The notes: a model not told the origin generated them from the sequence alone. Positions 10,477 to 20,442 are shown, counted from the first letter of the stretch. The stretch: DNA of 64,000 nucleotides from an uncultured Gammaproteobacteria bacterium (GCA_964621305.1 CAZUOM010000005.1:18647-82646); one strand, 5' to 3'. Numbers and translations are program-made.

Positions 10477-10853
10477 TTTATTGTGGATTTATAAATCTGA
10501 AAAAACTTTTCTACTGTTCTTCGCTCAATTTGCCGGTAGCGGCCCCGATGGGGAACGAGCGCTCCGGAAAAATTCATGGGTATGTGCATGAGCTCGTGAA
10601 TGATTGTCCTAATTTTATCGTCGCTAGAAAGCTTGTCAAAGCGATGAGAAATGACTTCAATGATGTAGTGCGGAGGGTGGTTTAGAGCCTGTTGCCAGAT
10701 TTTTGGAAAACTCCAAATCCGTGCATACGCCCGGCTTGTGGCGCCACGGCTGCGCATGCAAGTAATTTGCGATGGTTTCACATGCCCAAACGGTGTCCTT
10801 TTTAAAACGTAGCGCATTAGTTTGGTAATATCAGGTGCCGGAGAGACTTCCAT
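10473..10853 (-). CDS. Putative metallopeptidase (HExxH)
   Basis: IIHELMHIP motif, AYARIW; 126 aa. Confidence 0.7.
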   Translation of the reverse strand: MEVSPAPDITKLMRYVLKRTPFGHVKPSQITCMRSRGATSRAYARIWSFPKIWQQALNHPPHYIIEVISHRFDKLSSDDKIRTIIHELMHIPMNFSGALVPHRGRYRQIERRTVEKFFQIYKSTIK

Positions 10854-11253
10854 AAACGTTTTCTAAAATCGGCTTGTTCGTCTTTGGATATCCGATAATG
10901 TTAACCGCTTCTGATAAACTTACCCATTTTACCTCGCTTACACCTTCTTCTTTCTGCGGCTTAAGAGTCTCGTTTATTAGCAACAGAAATAAGAAGTAAT
11001 GAACGGTTTTACTTATGAGGTCGCCTCGCTTATACATATATCGTACCGTGTTTAGTTTCTTAATTATTTTAAGCGACTTAATACCCACCTCTTCGAAAAC
11101 CTCCCTACGCGCTGCTTTCTCTGGCGATTCGCCCTTTTCAATAATTCCTTTGGGAAACGTCCAATTGCCGTTCATGTCACGCATAACCAACACGTTCCAG
11201 CCTTTTCCCTTTTTCCGAGCAACTATGCCACCAGCAGATATTTCAGTTTTCAT
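10831..11253 (-). CDS. NUDIX hydrolase (Ap4A hydrolase-like)
   Basis: SAGG, WTFPKG and Nudix box GIIEKGESPEKAARREVFEEVG. Confidence 0.9.
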   Translation of the reverse strand: MKTEISAGGIVARKKGKGWNVLVMRDMNGNWTFPKGIIEKGESPEKAARREVFEEVGIKSLKIIKKLNTVRYMYKRGDLISKTVHYFLFLLLINETLKPQKEEGVSEVKWVSLSEAVNIIGYPKTNKPILENVYGSLSGT

Positions 11254-11507
11254 TTTTTCTGCACAAGAAAAAGTACGTCGCCTTCTTTGACTGGTTTATC
11301 TACCTTCATTCCGCACGTTTCCCCTGATGGCACCTCACTAACTTGTTTATGTTCTATTTGAAGTGAGTCTATAGTCTGATTAAACTCGCTGTCGTGGCCG
11401 GAAATTTTTACCGTGTCGCCAACTTTAAGCGGCTGGTTCGTCACCAAAACCACAGCCACCCCAATTTTGTCGTAGTAATGTGTAACTTTACCTATTTGAA
11501 TGTCCAT
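11250..11507 (-). CDS. Small beta-barrel protein (translation elongation factor domain II-like)
   Basis: IGKVTHYYDKIGVAV...SLQIEH...CGMKV; GGAGGTGA RBS supports ATG at 11507. Confidence 0.75.
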   Translation of the reverse strand: MDIQIGKVTHYYDKIGVAVVLVTNQPLKVGDTVKISGHDSEFNQTIDSLQIEHKQVSEVPSGETCGMKVDKPVKEGDVLFLVQKK

Positions 11508-11525
11508 TTGTATCACCTCCCTCGC

Positions 11526-11595
11526 CCGCCGAAGTCTCTACGAAAGCGGGCTTCGGCGGTTGACTCAAAATCACAAATCTCAAATCCCAATGTCC
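11526..11595. repeat. GC-rich hairpin followed by heptamer array
   Basis: CCGCCGAAG...CTTCGGCGG (11526-11559), then AAATCAC AAATCTC AAATCCC AATGTCC (11568-11595). Confidence 0.7.
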
Positions 11596-11623
11596 AATAA
11601 AAATATTAACACAAACATGATGA

Positions 11624-12841
11624 TCATTTTACTCCTGCAAAGGCAATACGGTCTAGAATCTGTTGCGCCGTTCCCAACACGCGTCCAGAAACAATCGTTC
11701 CGTCTCCCCAGCGATCGGCAATTTGGTCAATAGCCTGAGTTAGTAATCTTTTCCTTCGTTCTTCAACAAATAAACTTTCCTGCTGGTACAAACTTTTTTG
11801 GAGATTAAAACTGCTTATTGCTAAGATTCGAACCGGTTTGGCCGGCGCAGTCATTAGAATCGCTTTAGCACGTTTATAGAAATCAGCGTCCGCATAAAAC
11901 GCAGTTGTCGACTTTTCTCCGTGATTCCAATATGTATGATCGGCAAATAAACAGGACGCGCGAACTCCCGATGCTACAAATCCCCCGTCCCGCAGGCGTT
12001 TGCCCATTTTTGCCACGAGTTGGGCAAGGATTTTATGCAGTTCATTCTGGGTTGGCAAGTAAGGCTTCCCCAAGGCGTAGGACTGACCAAAGCTCTTCTG
12101 CTCGGCTTCAATTTCCCATGAAGGGTATCCATGAAGTCTAAGCCACCACAAATAGCCCGTGACTGCTCGAAACGCGCGCTTGAGCGCAACGGGTGAGGCT
12201 CGATAAAAATCAAGCGGAGTCTTTATTCCGGCTGACCGCAGCCGCAGACTGTTACCTTCCTTAATGCCACACAGATCAACAAGTTCGAGCTTGCCCAGAA
12301 CTTCTTCGATATTCTCTTTTGTAATCACGTCAAATCCATCGGGTTTATGAAGTCCGCTAGCAACCTTGGCCAGATACCTATTCGGCGCAATGCCAATAGA
12401 GACTGTAAGCCACTCACCGATTTCTTCTTTAATCCGTTGTTTTATTTCCCGTGCAGTATTTGTCATTTGGCATTTGTCATTTGGCATTTTAAGCACTATT
12501 TCATCTATCGATTCAACGGAAAAATTCGGCGTGTATGAAGAAAGGAGTTCCACGAGCTTACGGTTCACAAATCGATATTTTTCCGGATCAGGAGGTAAAA
12601 CGATAAGATTGGGAAAAATTTGCTTGCCCTCCCATACGCGCATGCTGGTCTTGATACCAAGTTTTTTGGCCTCTCGCGAGGCAGCCAAAATGCACCCGTT
12701 TGACTGGACATAGGCTGCAACAGCCACTGGTTTGCCGCGCAGAAGCGGGTTTGCCTGCTGCTCAACGGAAGCAAAGCAGGAGTTAAGGTCGATATGCATG
12801 ATGGTGGGAGGAGCTGAAGAAAAATTGTTATATTGTTTCAT
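11624..12841 (-). CDS. dinB: Y-family DNA polymerase IV
   Basis: HIDLNSCFASVEQ, ASREAK, SIDE, LAKVAS...KPDG; start placed at ATG 12841 (ORF track start 12925 is a TTG extension over repeat DNA). Confidence 0.9.
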   Translation of the reverse strand: MKQYNNFSSAPPTIMHIDLNSCFASVEQQANPLLRGKPVAVAAYVQSNGCILAASREAKKLGIKTSMRVWEGKQIFPNLIVLPPDPEKYRFVNRKLVELLSSYTPNFSVESIDEIVLKMPNDKCQMTNTAREIKQRIKEEIGEWLTVSIGIAPNRYLAKVASGLHKPDGFDVITKENIEEVLGKLELVDLCGIKEGNSLRLRSAGIKTPLDFYRASPVALKRAFRAVTGYLWWLRLHGYPSWEIEAEQKSFGQSYALGKPYLPTQNELHKILAQLVAKMGKRLRDGGFVASGVRASCLFADHTYWNHGEKSTTAFYADADFYKRAKAILMTAPAKPVRILAISSFNLQKSLYQQESLFVEERRKRLLTQAIDQIADRWGDGTIVSGRVLGTAQQILDRIAFAGVK

Positions 12842-12902
12842 TGTTAAATTGTTACAAAGTTTTTCTTTCAACAATGTAGCAATGTAGCCATGTAACCATT
12901 CT

Positions 12903-13157
12903 CTAAACAGTCGAGTCAATCTCAAGGAGCTTCCATGATAATAACTCTGTATCGAAGCTCAACTTAAACGCCGTTGTTCCATCGGTCACTGAAAAAACGT
13001 GGGTTAAGGCCCTCCCTTCCCGCGTTGTATGGTGCAGGCCTACTTTGACAATCTGGTAGCGCCTCCCGTGCCAGTAAATCGACGTCGGTGCTGCTGACTT
13101 CTTGATGTGGTTAAATAAAAGATTTACCGAAACAGACTCATCGATTATTTCTGGCAT
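12903..13157 (-). CDS. Small hypothetical protein, probably cotranscribed with dinB
   Basis: 84-aa ORF, PxxxxWxGRRY pattern, directly upstream of dinB on the same strand. Confidence 0.75.
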   Translation of the reverse strand: MPEIIDESVSVNLLFNHIKKSAAPTSIYWHGRRYQIVKVGLHHTTREGRALTHVFSVTDGTTAFKLSFDTELLSWKLLEIDSTV

Positions 13158-13218
13158 AAAGCTATATAACCAAAATATACCCGAAAATAATTTCTGTCAA
13201 GAGTCAAGACGCAGAAGA

Positions 13219-13227
13219 TGCTATAAT
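13219..13227 (+). promoter_or_regulatory. Extended -10 promoter for tRNA-Glu
   Basis: TGCTATAAT ending 9 nt before the tRNA 5' end. Confidence 0.6.
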
Positions 13228-13236
13228 AAGGCCTAG

Positions 13237-13310
13237 GCCCCCATCGTCTAGCGGCCTAGGACGACTGGTTTTCAGCCAGTAAACCGCCGGTTCGAATCCG
13301 GCTGGGGGTA
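13237..13310 (+). tRNA. tRNA-Glu(TTC)
   Basis: Cloverleaf: acceptor GCCCCCA/TGGGGGT, anticodon arm ACTGG-TTTTCAG-CCAGT, T arm GCCGG-TTCGAAT-CCGGC; CCA not encoded. Confidence 0.95.
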
Positions 13311-13426
13311 CTTAACCTATAGTAAAATTAGACTATAAAATATCCCCCGCGAGAACAAGAACAGAAAAATAAAAAGTAGTCTCGCTCAAATAATTATTTT
13401 CTTTACCATCTTATATATGTACAAAT

Positions 13427-14209
13427 ATGAAAGTTAAAGCTATCAGAACGCATAAAATCAAGATTGGCGATAATCTGTATCAAATTTTAGACAAGTATCT
13501 GCCGAAACTAAAAGAAAAAGATATCATCGCTATTACCTCAAAAATAGTCAGCATCTGTCAAGGGAGAGTCGTTAAAAACGATGGAAAAGTTGATAAAAAG
13601 AAACTTATTCGTAGCGAGGCAGACTATTATTTTGAAAACGAGTTAACCCGCCGCCATGGTATCACGCTTACACTAAAAGAAAAGCCAACTTCAACGCTTA
13701 TCGCTAGCGCAGGCATAGACGAAAGCAACGGAAACGGCTACTTTATCCTTTGGCCGAAAGACGCTTTCAAAACCGCCGCCGAAATCTGGCTGCGCCTACG
13801 CGGTCAATACCGCGTCAATCGTATAGGAGTTCTTATTGTCGACAGCAACATCGTGCCGCTGCGCTGGGGCACGCGCGGACTGGCCGTGGGCTGGTGCGGA
13901 TTTGACGGGCTTAAAGATTACATTGGAACGCCGGATATCTTCGGGAGAAGGCTCCGTGTGACAAAGCAAAACATCGCCGATGACCTCGCCGCTGCTGCCA
14001 ACTTGGTCATTGGCGAGGGTAATGAGCAAACACCAATTGCAGTTGTTTCCGAGGTGTCAGGTGTATCCTTTCAATACCGCCCGCCAACACAAAAAGAAAT
14101 CGGCTCCATGAGGATTTCGCTTGAAGAGGACATCTACGCGCCTCTTCTTACTTCAGTCAAGTGGAAACGGGGTCAGGCCTCGAAAAGATCGTCATACAGC
14201 TCTAGCTAG
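13427..14209 (+). CDS. CofE-like gamma-glutamyl ligase (F420-0:glutamate ligase family, possibly folate polyglutamylation)
   Basis: ITSKIVS, AGIDESN, DS...PLRWGT, DIFGR, GEGNEQTP. Confidence 0.85.
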   Translation: MKVKAIRTHKIKIGDNLYQILDKYLPKLKEKDIIAITSKIVSICQGRVVKNDGKVDKKKLIRSEADYYFENELTRRHGITLTLKEKPTSTLIASAGIDESNGNGYFILWPKDAFKTAAEIWLRLRGQYRVNRIGVLIVDSNIVPLRWGTRGLAVGWCGFDGLKDYIGTPDIFGRRLRVTKQNIADDLAAAANLVIGEGNEQTPIAVVSEVSGVSFQYRPPTQKEIGSMRISLEEDIYAPLLTSVKWKRGQASKRSSYSSS

Positions 14210-14218
14210 ACACCATCA
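14169..14218. repeat. 50-bp tRNA-adjacent dispersed repeat, copy 1
   Basis: First 15 bp (GGGGTCAGGCCTCGA) identical to 53951-53965; 35/50 ungapped identity by hand count. Confidence 0.65.
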
Positions 14219-14228
14219 TGGGGGGTTG

Positions 14229-14300
14229 TGAGCCGTGCAGGGCTCGAACCTGCAACCAATAGCTTAAAAGGCTACTGCTCTGCCATTGAGCTAACGGCCC
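14229..14300 (-). tRNA. tRNA-Lys(TTT)
   Basis: Minus strand GGGCCGT-TAGCTCAATGGCAGAGCA-GTAGC-CTTTTAA-GCTAT-TGGTT-GCAGG-TTCGAGC-CCTGC-ACGGCTC-A. Confidence 0.95.
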
Positions 14301-14646
14301 GAATTTCTTTAAATTGCCTGCCTCGTAAATAATAGAGTTTTGCCCGCCGGACGTCGCCGCGCTTTTTGACGTCTATTTTTTTGATCCACGGCGAGATCAG
14401 GGGAAAAATCCTTTCGATTCCGATACCTCCTGCGGCAACATGGCGCACCGTAATCATCGTGTTTGGTCCGCTTCCTTTTATCGCTATTACAATGCCCTCA
14501 AAAACCTGTATCCGCTCGCGCGTCTCCTCGTGAACCTCTCGCTTGGTTTTACCCGCTACCTTCTCGTGCTCGATGAGTTTGTAGTGCACGCGGATCGTGT
14601 CACCGACATGAAATTTTACATCATTCCAATGTGCAAAATTTGACAT
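14272..14646 (-). CDS. rplS: 50S ribosomal protein L19; stop codon lies inside tRNA-Lys
   Basis: [36 protein letters not shown]; ATG 14646 follows TGCTATAAT. Confidence 0.95.
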   Translation of the reverse strand: MSNFAHWNDVKFHVGDTIRVHYKLIEHEKVAGKTKREVHEETRERIQVFEGIVIAIKGSGPNTMITVRHVAAGGIGIERIFPLISPWIKKIDVKKRGDVRRAKLYYLRGRQFKEIRAVSSMAEQ

Positions 14647-14670
14647 ATTAGGCAAATTATAGCATGGCGA

Positions 14671-16116
14671 TCACATTTCCTCAACGTTGTGCTGGGTAGA
14701 TTCACGAAAGCCGGCCTGGGTAATTCGGATGAAGCGTGCGTTTTTCCAGAGCTCGGAGATGGTTGCGGCATTGCAGTAACTCATGCCACTGCGCACTGCG
14801 CCAACCAGCTGATTGACTACGTCTTTTGCCGCTCCTTTGTACGGCACAAACGTTTCGACCCCCTCTGGCACAACTTCTTCCAATTCCTTGTCAAGCTCTC
14901 CCTCCGCAAATTCCTTCCTTGATGCTACCGCCGAAAATGACGCTGCCCCACGGTGGACTTTATACTTTTGCCCTTTGCGAAGAAGAATACTCCCCGGGCT
15001 CTCATCGGTACCTGCTAACCAGCCGGCAATCATGACACATGAAGCCCCAGCGGAAAGCGCCTTCGTCATGTCAGCCTGGTAATTCGTTCCTCCGTCGGCA
15101 ATAAGTGGCACTTGAGCTCGATGACCAACTGGCGAACAATCCAAAATCGCCGTTAACTGCGGTACGCCAGCGCCAGCCACGATACGAGTAATGCAAATGC
15201 CACCAGGGCCAATACCAACTTTAACCGCATCAACGTCAAGCCGAATCAAGTCACGGGCCGCCTGGGCAGTCGCTATGTTTCCTACGATAACATCTGTATT
15301 GTGAGCAAGTTTCCTTAACTTCTTAATTGCAAGCATGCCATGCGTTGAGTGAATGTGCGCTATATCGACAACCAGCGCGTCAACTCCGGCCTTAACAAGC
15401 TCTGTTGCCCGCTCTAGGTAATCGCCAACTACGCCCACAGCCGCGCCCACCCGCAACCTTCCATGACTGTCTTGTGTAGCATTGGGGTAGCGGTTTTCAT
15501 TAAGGACAGTCCGGGATGTAATTAGCCCTCCAAGTGTACCGTCACGATGAAGAAGAGGCAGCTTTTCTACTTTATGTTTACGGAAAAGCTTTCTTGCTTG
15601 ATCAAGCGTTATTCCGACACCAGCGATAACCAATTTAATCGCCGGAGTCATAATTTGGCTCATTTTTTTACCCTCGTTATCTAAAAACCACATGTCTCGA
15701 TCGGAGACTAAACCCAAGACTTTATTCTTTTCATCTACGATAATGGCGCTGCTCACATTATGCTGCCTCATAAGCGCTCTGGCCTCTGCAACTGTCTGGC
15801 CAGGCCCAAGAGTAAATGGCGTACCCATAATAAATCCTTCACTACGTTTAACCTTCCGCACTTCCGCTACTTCCCGTTCGATAGTCATAAACCTATGGAT
15901 TATGCCGATACCGCCGAGTTTAGCCATAGCGATAGCCATGTTGCTTTCCGTAACCGTATCGATGTTGGAGGAAACAAAAGGGATAGCAATCTCGATGTTT
16001 CGGGAAACCTTGGTTTTCGTAGAAACGACTTTGCGTGATGTAATCCGCGACTTCTGCGGCACAAGAAGTACGTCGTCGTAAACTAAACCAAGTGGCAAGC
16101 GATTTGCATTTATCAT
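14671..16116 (-). CDS. guaB: IMP dehydrogenase with CBS pair
   Basis: [32 protein letters not shown] (catalytic Cys), IADGG, VPEGVE. Confidence 0.92.
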   Translation of the reverse strand: MINANRLPLGLVYDDVLLVPQKSRITSRKVVSTKTKVSRNIEIAIPFVSSNIDTVTESNMAIAMAKLGGIGIIHRFMTIEREVAEVRKVKRSEGFIMGTPFTLGPGQTVAEARALMRQHNVSSAIIVDEKNKVLGLVSDRDMWFLDNEGKKMSQIMTPAIKLVIAGVGITLDQARKLFRKHKVEKLPLLHRDGTLGGLITSRTVLNENRYPNATQDSHGRLRVGAAVGVVGDYLERATELVKAGVDALVVDIAHIHSTHGMLAIKKLRKLAHNTDVIVGNIATAQAARDLIRLDVDAVKVGIGPGGICITRIVAGAGVPQLTAILDCSPVGHRAQVPLIADGGTNYQADMTKALSAGASCVMIAGWLAGTDESPGSILLRKGQKYKVHRGAASFSAVASRKEFAEGELDKELEEVVPEGVETFVPYKGAAKDVVNQLVGAVRSGMSYCNAATISELWKNARFIRITQAGFRESTQHNVEEM

Positions 16117-17375
16117 AGCCGCAAAAAAGCTCTTCGTTCCGGTCCTACAGAAATATACTTAATCGGAACGCCCAGCTGAACAGAGAGAAATTTTATGTAT
16201 CGCCGTGCAGCCTTGGGAAGTTTTCTTGCTGACTTAATGTCATCAATGTTTTCTTGCCAACCGTCAAATGTTTTGTAGACTGGTAAACAATGACCGAGGG
16301 TATTTACTTCTGACGGAAACTCACGGAGAAGCTTATTCCCAAAGCGATAAGCCACACAAATTTTTAGTTGTGTAAGACCAGACAAAACATCAAGTTTGGT
16401 AATGGCAAGGCTGCTGCAACCGTTGAGTCCAACGCCGTAGCGCAGCATCGGTAGATCTAGCCACCCGCATCGGCGCTTTCGTCCAGAGACCGTGCCAACT
16501 TCACGACCTGCCTCTTGCAGATACTGCCCTATTTGATTGGCTTGTTCCGTTGGAAAAGGGCCATTGCCAACACGCGTCGTATATGCCTTGACTACGCCCA
16601 AAACAGGGATATCGCATGGGGCTATTCCAACGCTAGGGAATACTGCCCCGGCAATAGTTGGAGGAGCGACAGTATATGGATACGTGCCAAATACGGGATC
16701 CAGCATCGTCCCGTGAGCTTGTTCAAACAAAAAACGTTTTGAACCAAGGTTCTCCGACGCCTCAGTCGACACATCGCCCATATACGCAGCGAGTTGTTTT
16801 CCGTACGAAACGCACTCCGATAAAATTGATTCCTCTGTCAAGTTAGTTTTCATACCATAGGCCTTTTCTATGATGGCGATTTTAAGTGGTAAAAGGTGTT
16901 TTAATTTTTCTTCCAAAACTTTAGGCGTCACGAGATCTTCGAGACGAACTCCGGCGCGATTATTGCGGTCTTCGTAGCAATAGCCGATCCCTAGATGGAG
17001 GCTGCCTGTTGCGCGTTTACCTTTCCACTGCTCGGTTGCCGCATCAAGAAGTTTATGGTAAGGCATGACGATGTGGCAGCGCGGGTCAATTGTCAAATGT
17101 ACTGGATAACCCGCCTTCACAAGGAAAGCAACCTCGTCTAAGAGCACGTTTGGCGTAATAACGACGCCCTGAGCTATAAGAAGTTTTTTTCCGTGAAGCA
17201 CTCCAGACGGTATCAAGGATAGGGGAAATTTTTTTCCGTCAGCGACCACGGTGTGTCCGGCATTATTGCCGCCATTCCAGCGGACAACATAATCAAATCT
17301 TGGCGCTATGGCATCAATTACTTTCCCTTTGCCTTCGTCTCCCCACTGAAGGCCAACGACGATGAGCGACTTCAT
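16113..17375 (-). CDS. purA: Adenylosuccinate synthetase
   Basis: GLQWGDEGKGK, GGNNAGHT, GTYPY, KAYTTRVG, GRKRRCGWLD. Confidence 0.96.
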   Translation of the reverse strand: MKSLIVVGLQWGDEGKGKVIDAIAPRFDYVVRWNGGNNAGHTVVADGKKFPLSLIPSGVLHGKKLLIAQGVVITPNVLLDEVAFLVKAGYPVHLTIDPRCHIVMPYHKLLDAATEQWKGKRATGSLHLGIGYCYEDRNNRAGVRLEDLVTPKVLEEKLKHLLPLKIAIIEKAYGMKTNLTEESILSECVSYGKQLAAYMGDVSTEASENLGSKRFLFEQAHGTMLDPVFGTYPYTVAPPTIAGAVFPSVGIAPCDIPVLGVVKAYTTRVGNGPFPTEQANQIGQYLQEAGREVGTVSGRKRRCGWLDLPMLRYGVGLNGCSSLAITKLDVLSGLTQLKICVAYRFGNKLLREFPSEVNTLGHCLPVYKTFDGWQENIDDIKSARKLPKAARRYIKFLSVQLGVPIKYISVGPERRAFLRL

Positions 17376-18736
17376 ATCATTTTTTCGGCACGCTTGACTG
17401 CCTCATCAACTATTCGTCCGGCAAACGGATTGTTCTGCTCAGTGATTATTTTTTTCAATTCGTCCTTTTGTTTTTCACTAAGAGATAACCTGTCAACAAT
17501 GGTCCACAGTTGCTGTGGGTTCAACGATTTTCCGCGAGTTTTTTCCTTGAGCCTGTCGTACATATCGGAAATTCCACTAACCAGTCCATACGCCTTGATT
17601 GTTTCTAGCCAAATTTCCGGATGTTTTTGGACATCTGCAGCTATTGCGTTTCGGTCAACACTAATGCGCGACAGTCCCTTGACAATGCTTTGATAGGATA
17701 GGATGCTATACGCAATTGGTATCACGAGGTTCCTGCGCACAGTCGAGTCTGAAAAGTCTCTCTGCAAGCGATTAATAGGAAGTTTTCTACACATTGCCTC
17801 GATGACTCCATTGGCAAACTCAAGCCCTCCTTCAGCTCCTTCAAAATAGATGGGGTTGACTTTGTGAGGCATTCCGCCAGAACCCACTTCTTTTTTAACT
17901 GGAATTACTCTAAGATACCCAAGTAAGACGTATAGCCAAAGATTTTTTACGAAATCTATAAGGATGCTGTTTAGCCGAAATAGACTCTGCAAATAACGAA
18001 CTAATCCCTCGTAAGGCACGATCTGCGTAGTCGCATGGCAAGATTCTAGGCCAAGACTAGCGATGAAATGGTCAGTTAATACAATCCAGTCTAGCTTTGG
18101 CTCGACAGCATAAAGAGCCTGAAATGATCCCACTTCACCTGAACATTTTGCAAAGAAAGAAAAATTTTGAAACATTTCTACCTCGTCGCACAATCTTGAC
18201 AGGGGAACGGCTAGTTCTTTCCCAAAAGTTGTCACGTTTGCCCGCTGCGCGTGCGTGCGGGCGACCAGCACTGTATCTCGCTCGGCCTTAGCAAACACCA
18301 CAAGCTTTTTTACGATATTTCTTAGTGGTGGCAGCAACACGTCTTCCCTGCTCTGCTTAAGAATTAGTGATAGCGCGATTGAATTAATATCTTCAGATCC
18401 GATACCGAGATTAACAAATTGTCTATATTCAGCTCGCGTGTGATGCTCGAGAAATAATTCTATTGCCTTCAAATCATGATTGGTTATACGTTCGAACTCT
18501 TGAATTTTTTTGGCTTTATCTAAAGAAAAATTGTTGATGACAGATCTCAATTTAGGATAATTCCTTTTCATAACAACTTTTACAATCCAGATTAAGTATT
18601 CAACCATCACATAAAGCCGTCTCTCCATCCATGCAAATTCCGAAAAATACTGGCGAAGACTGACCAATTTACGGCTATTTCTCCCATCAAAATGGGTCAA
18701 GGCAAAGAGCGGTTCTGAAGCCTCCCAGTTAATCAT
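17372..18736 (-). CDS. purB: Adenylosuccinate lyase
   Basis: TNHDLKA, SEDIN, ARTHAQ, TTFGKE, GSGGMPHKVNP, RLQRD; between pyrG and purA. Confidence 0.9.
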   Translation of the reverse strand: MINWEASEPLFALTHFDGRNSRKLVSLRQYFSEFAWMERRLYVMVEYLIWIVKVVMKRNYPKLRSVINNFSLDKAKKIQEFERITNHDLKAIELFLEHHTRAEYRQFVNLGIGSEDINSIALSLILKQSREDVLLPPLRNIVKKLVVFAKAERDTVLVARTHAQRANVTTFGKELAVPLSRLCDEVEMFQNFSFFAKCSGEVGSFQALYAVEPKLDWIVLTDHFIASLGLESCHATTQIVPYEGLVRYLQSLFRLNSILIDFVKNLWLYVLLGYLRVIPVKKEVGSGGMPHKVNPIYFEGAEGGLEFANGVIEAMCRKLPINRLQRDFSDSTVRRNLVIPIAYSILSYQSIVKGLSRISVDRNAIAADVQKHPEIWLETIKAYGLVSGISDMYDRLKEKTRGKSLNPQQLWTIVDRLSLSEKQKDELKKIITEQNNPFAGRIVDEAVKRAEKMI

Positions 18737-20388
18737 GCTCGGCTGGCGGCAGTGAGAAAATCTAGAAACAGCGGATGTGGCCGAAGTGGGCGAGAACGAT
18801 ATTCAGGATGAAATTGCGTGCCGAGAAAAAATGGGTGAACGCTTTTAGGTAATTCAATGATTTCAACCAGGTTCTCGACCACCGATCTTCCCGAAATCAC
18901 AAAACCGGCATCTTCAAATTGCTTTGTATACGCTTCGTTAAATTCGTAGCGGTGCCTGTGCCGCTCACCAACAATTTTTTTGGATGCATTGTCATACCCT
19001 TTCTCGCTCGTATAACTTAGATCTGCTAGCGTTCCTTCTTTTACTTTGCACTCCCACCGCCCCAAACGCATAGTACCGCCATAGGCGCGGCGTTTAAGAA
19101 TTTTGTCCTGGCCGCTAATCATGTGGATAACGGGGTGATTGGTATCTACATCACATTCGAGAGTATGAGCATCACGAAGCCCCAAGGCGTTGCGAGCAAA
19201 CTCGACAACTGCCAATTGCATGCCGTAGCAAAGGCCTAAGTATGGAATCTTGTTGACGCGGGCAAAATTAATGGCTTTTATTTTCCCCTCCACCCCCCGC
19301 GGCCCCCAGCCAATCGGCACGATAATACTATCTGCCTCAGAAAGGTACTCGTAACTTCCTTTTTCCAGATTCTCCGCCTGGATCCAGCGGACGTTAGTCG
19401 CGATGCCGAGATTCCACGAGGCATGGTCGATTGCGTCCATGAGAGCGGCGTAACTATCGCGGAGTTGATACTCGCCTGTGGCAAAGTACTTCCCTACAAT
19501 TGCGATTCTGACAGACTGTGATTTTTTCTTTTTTAGACGCGAAACCATATTCGACCACTGAGTCAGATGTAGTTTCTTGCCAGGCATGTCAAGAAGGGTA
19601 AGAATTTTCTCATCCATGCCTTGCGAGGCAAGTGACAGAGGCGTTTCGTAGACGCTGGTCTGGTCCACGCTGTTGATGATGTGATCAGTTTCGACGTTGC
19701 AAAAAAGGGCCAGACGATTGCGACGACGCTCGTCCATGGGTTTTTCCGACCTGGCGACGATAAAATCCGGCTGAATACCCATGGAGTTGAGAGTTCGAAC
19801 CGATAGTTGGGTGGGCTTAGTCTTTGGCTCCCCCAAGTGATAAGGAGTCGGTAAGTAGCTCACGTGGACGTGGACGACTTTATTTTTTTTGTTGTGCGCG
19901 AGAATCCTCGAAGCCTCATAATAAAGAACATTTTGATACTCGCCCGCAGTGCCACCGAGTTCAACCACAACGATATCTGCTTTTTCTTTTTCCCCGGCTT
20001 CGCCAATTCGACGGATAATTTCATCAGTCACATCTGGTACGGCCTCAACGTCCTCACCATTGTATTCAAAGTTGCGCTCGCGATCTATAACCGCCTTGTA
20101 AATCTGCCCCATGGTGATGAAGTTGCGCCGGTACATATTTTTGTCCAGAAACTTCTCATAGCTGCCCATGTCCATGTCTGCCTCTGTTCCGTCTTCGCAC
20201 AGAAAGGGATCGCCGTGCTCTATGGGGTTAATCAATCCCGCATCGATATTGAGGTAATTTTCGCACTTTACAGGAGTAACTCTATATCCGCGAGACTGGA
20301 GAAGTAGGGCTATAGAGGCTGTCGTAACGCCTTTTCCAAGGCCTGAGATGACGCCACCAGAGACAAAAATGTACTTTGTGGGTTGCAC
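18733..20388 (-). CDS. pyrG: CTP synthase
   Basis: SGGVISGLGKG, KTKPTQ, GLCYGMQ, ERHRHRYE, QFHPE; GTG start after TTGACG-18-TATCTT-5. Confidence 0.96.
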   Translation of the reverse strand: MQPTKYIFVSGGVISGLGKGVTTASIALLLQSRGYRVTPVKCENYLNIDAGLINPIEHGDPFLCEDGTEADMDMGSYEKFLDKNMYRRNFITMGQIYKAVIDRERNFEYNGEDVEAVPDVTDEIIRRIGEAGEKEKADIVVVELGGTAGEYQNVLYYEASRILAHNKKNKVVHVHVSYLPTPYHLGEPKTKPTQLSVRTLNSMGIQPDFIVARSEKPMDERRRNRLALFCNVETDHIINSVDQTSVYETPLSLASQGMDEKILTLLDMPGKKLHLTQWSNMVSRLKKKKSQSVRIAIVGKYFATGEYQLRDSYAALMDAIDHASWNLGIATNVRWIQAENLEKGSYEYLSEADSIIVPIGWGPRGVEGKIKAINFARVNKIPYLGLCYGMQLAVVEFARNALGLRDAHTLECDVDTNHPVIHMISGQDKILKRRAYGGTMRLGRWECKVKEGTLADLSYTSEKGYDNASKKIVGERHRHRYEFNEAYTKQFEDAGFVISGRSVVENLVEIIELPKSVHPFFLGTQFHPEYRSRPLRPHPLFLDFLTAASRA

Positions 20389-20442
20389 AATTTAAGATAC
20401 CAAAAGATAACCACATTCGTCAATATTAAAAAAACGACAACT

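Noticed and set aside
12842-12925. N-terminal extension of DinB in the ORF track
   Set aside because: It is translated octamer-repeat DNA from a TTG overlapping the upstream gene; ATG 12841 or a later ATG is more plausible
13158-13210. SOS box or promoter for the dinB pair
   Set aside because: TTGACA and TTGACT are present but spacing to candidate -10 boxes is 15 or 22 nt, and no convincing LexA palindrome is visible
17855-17890. purB signature GSGGMPHK instead of GSSxMPHK as a sign of inactivation
   Set aside because: The first Ser, Lys and Asn of the loop and the catalytic His (RTH) are kept, and the gene is intact within a purA-guaB operon
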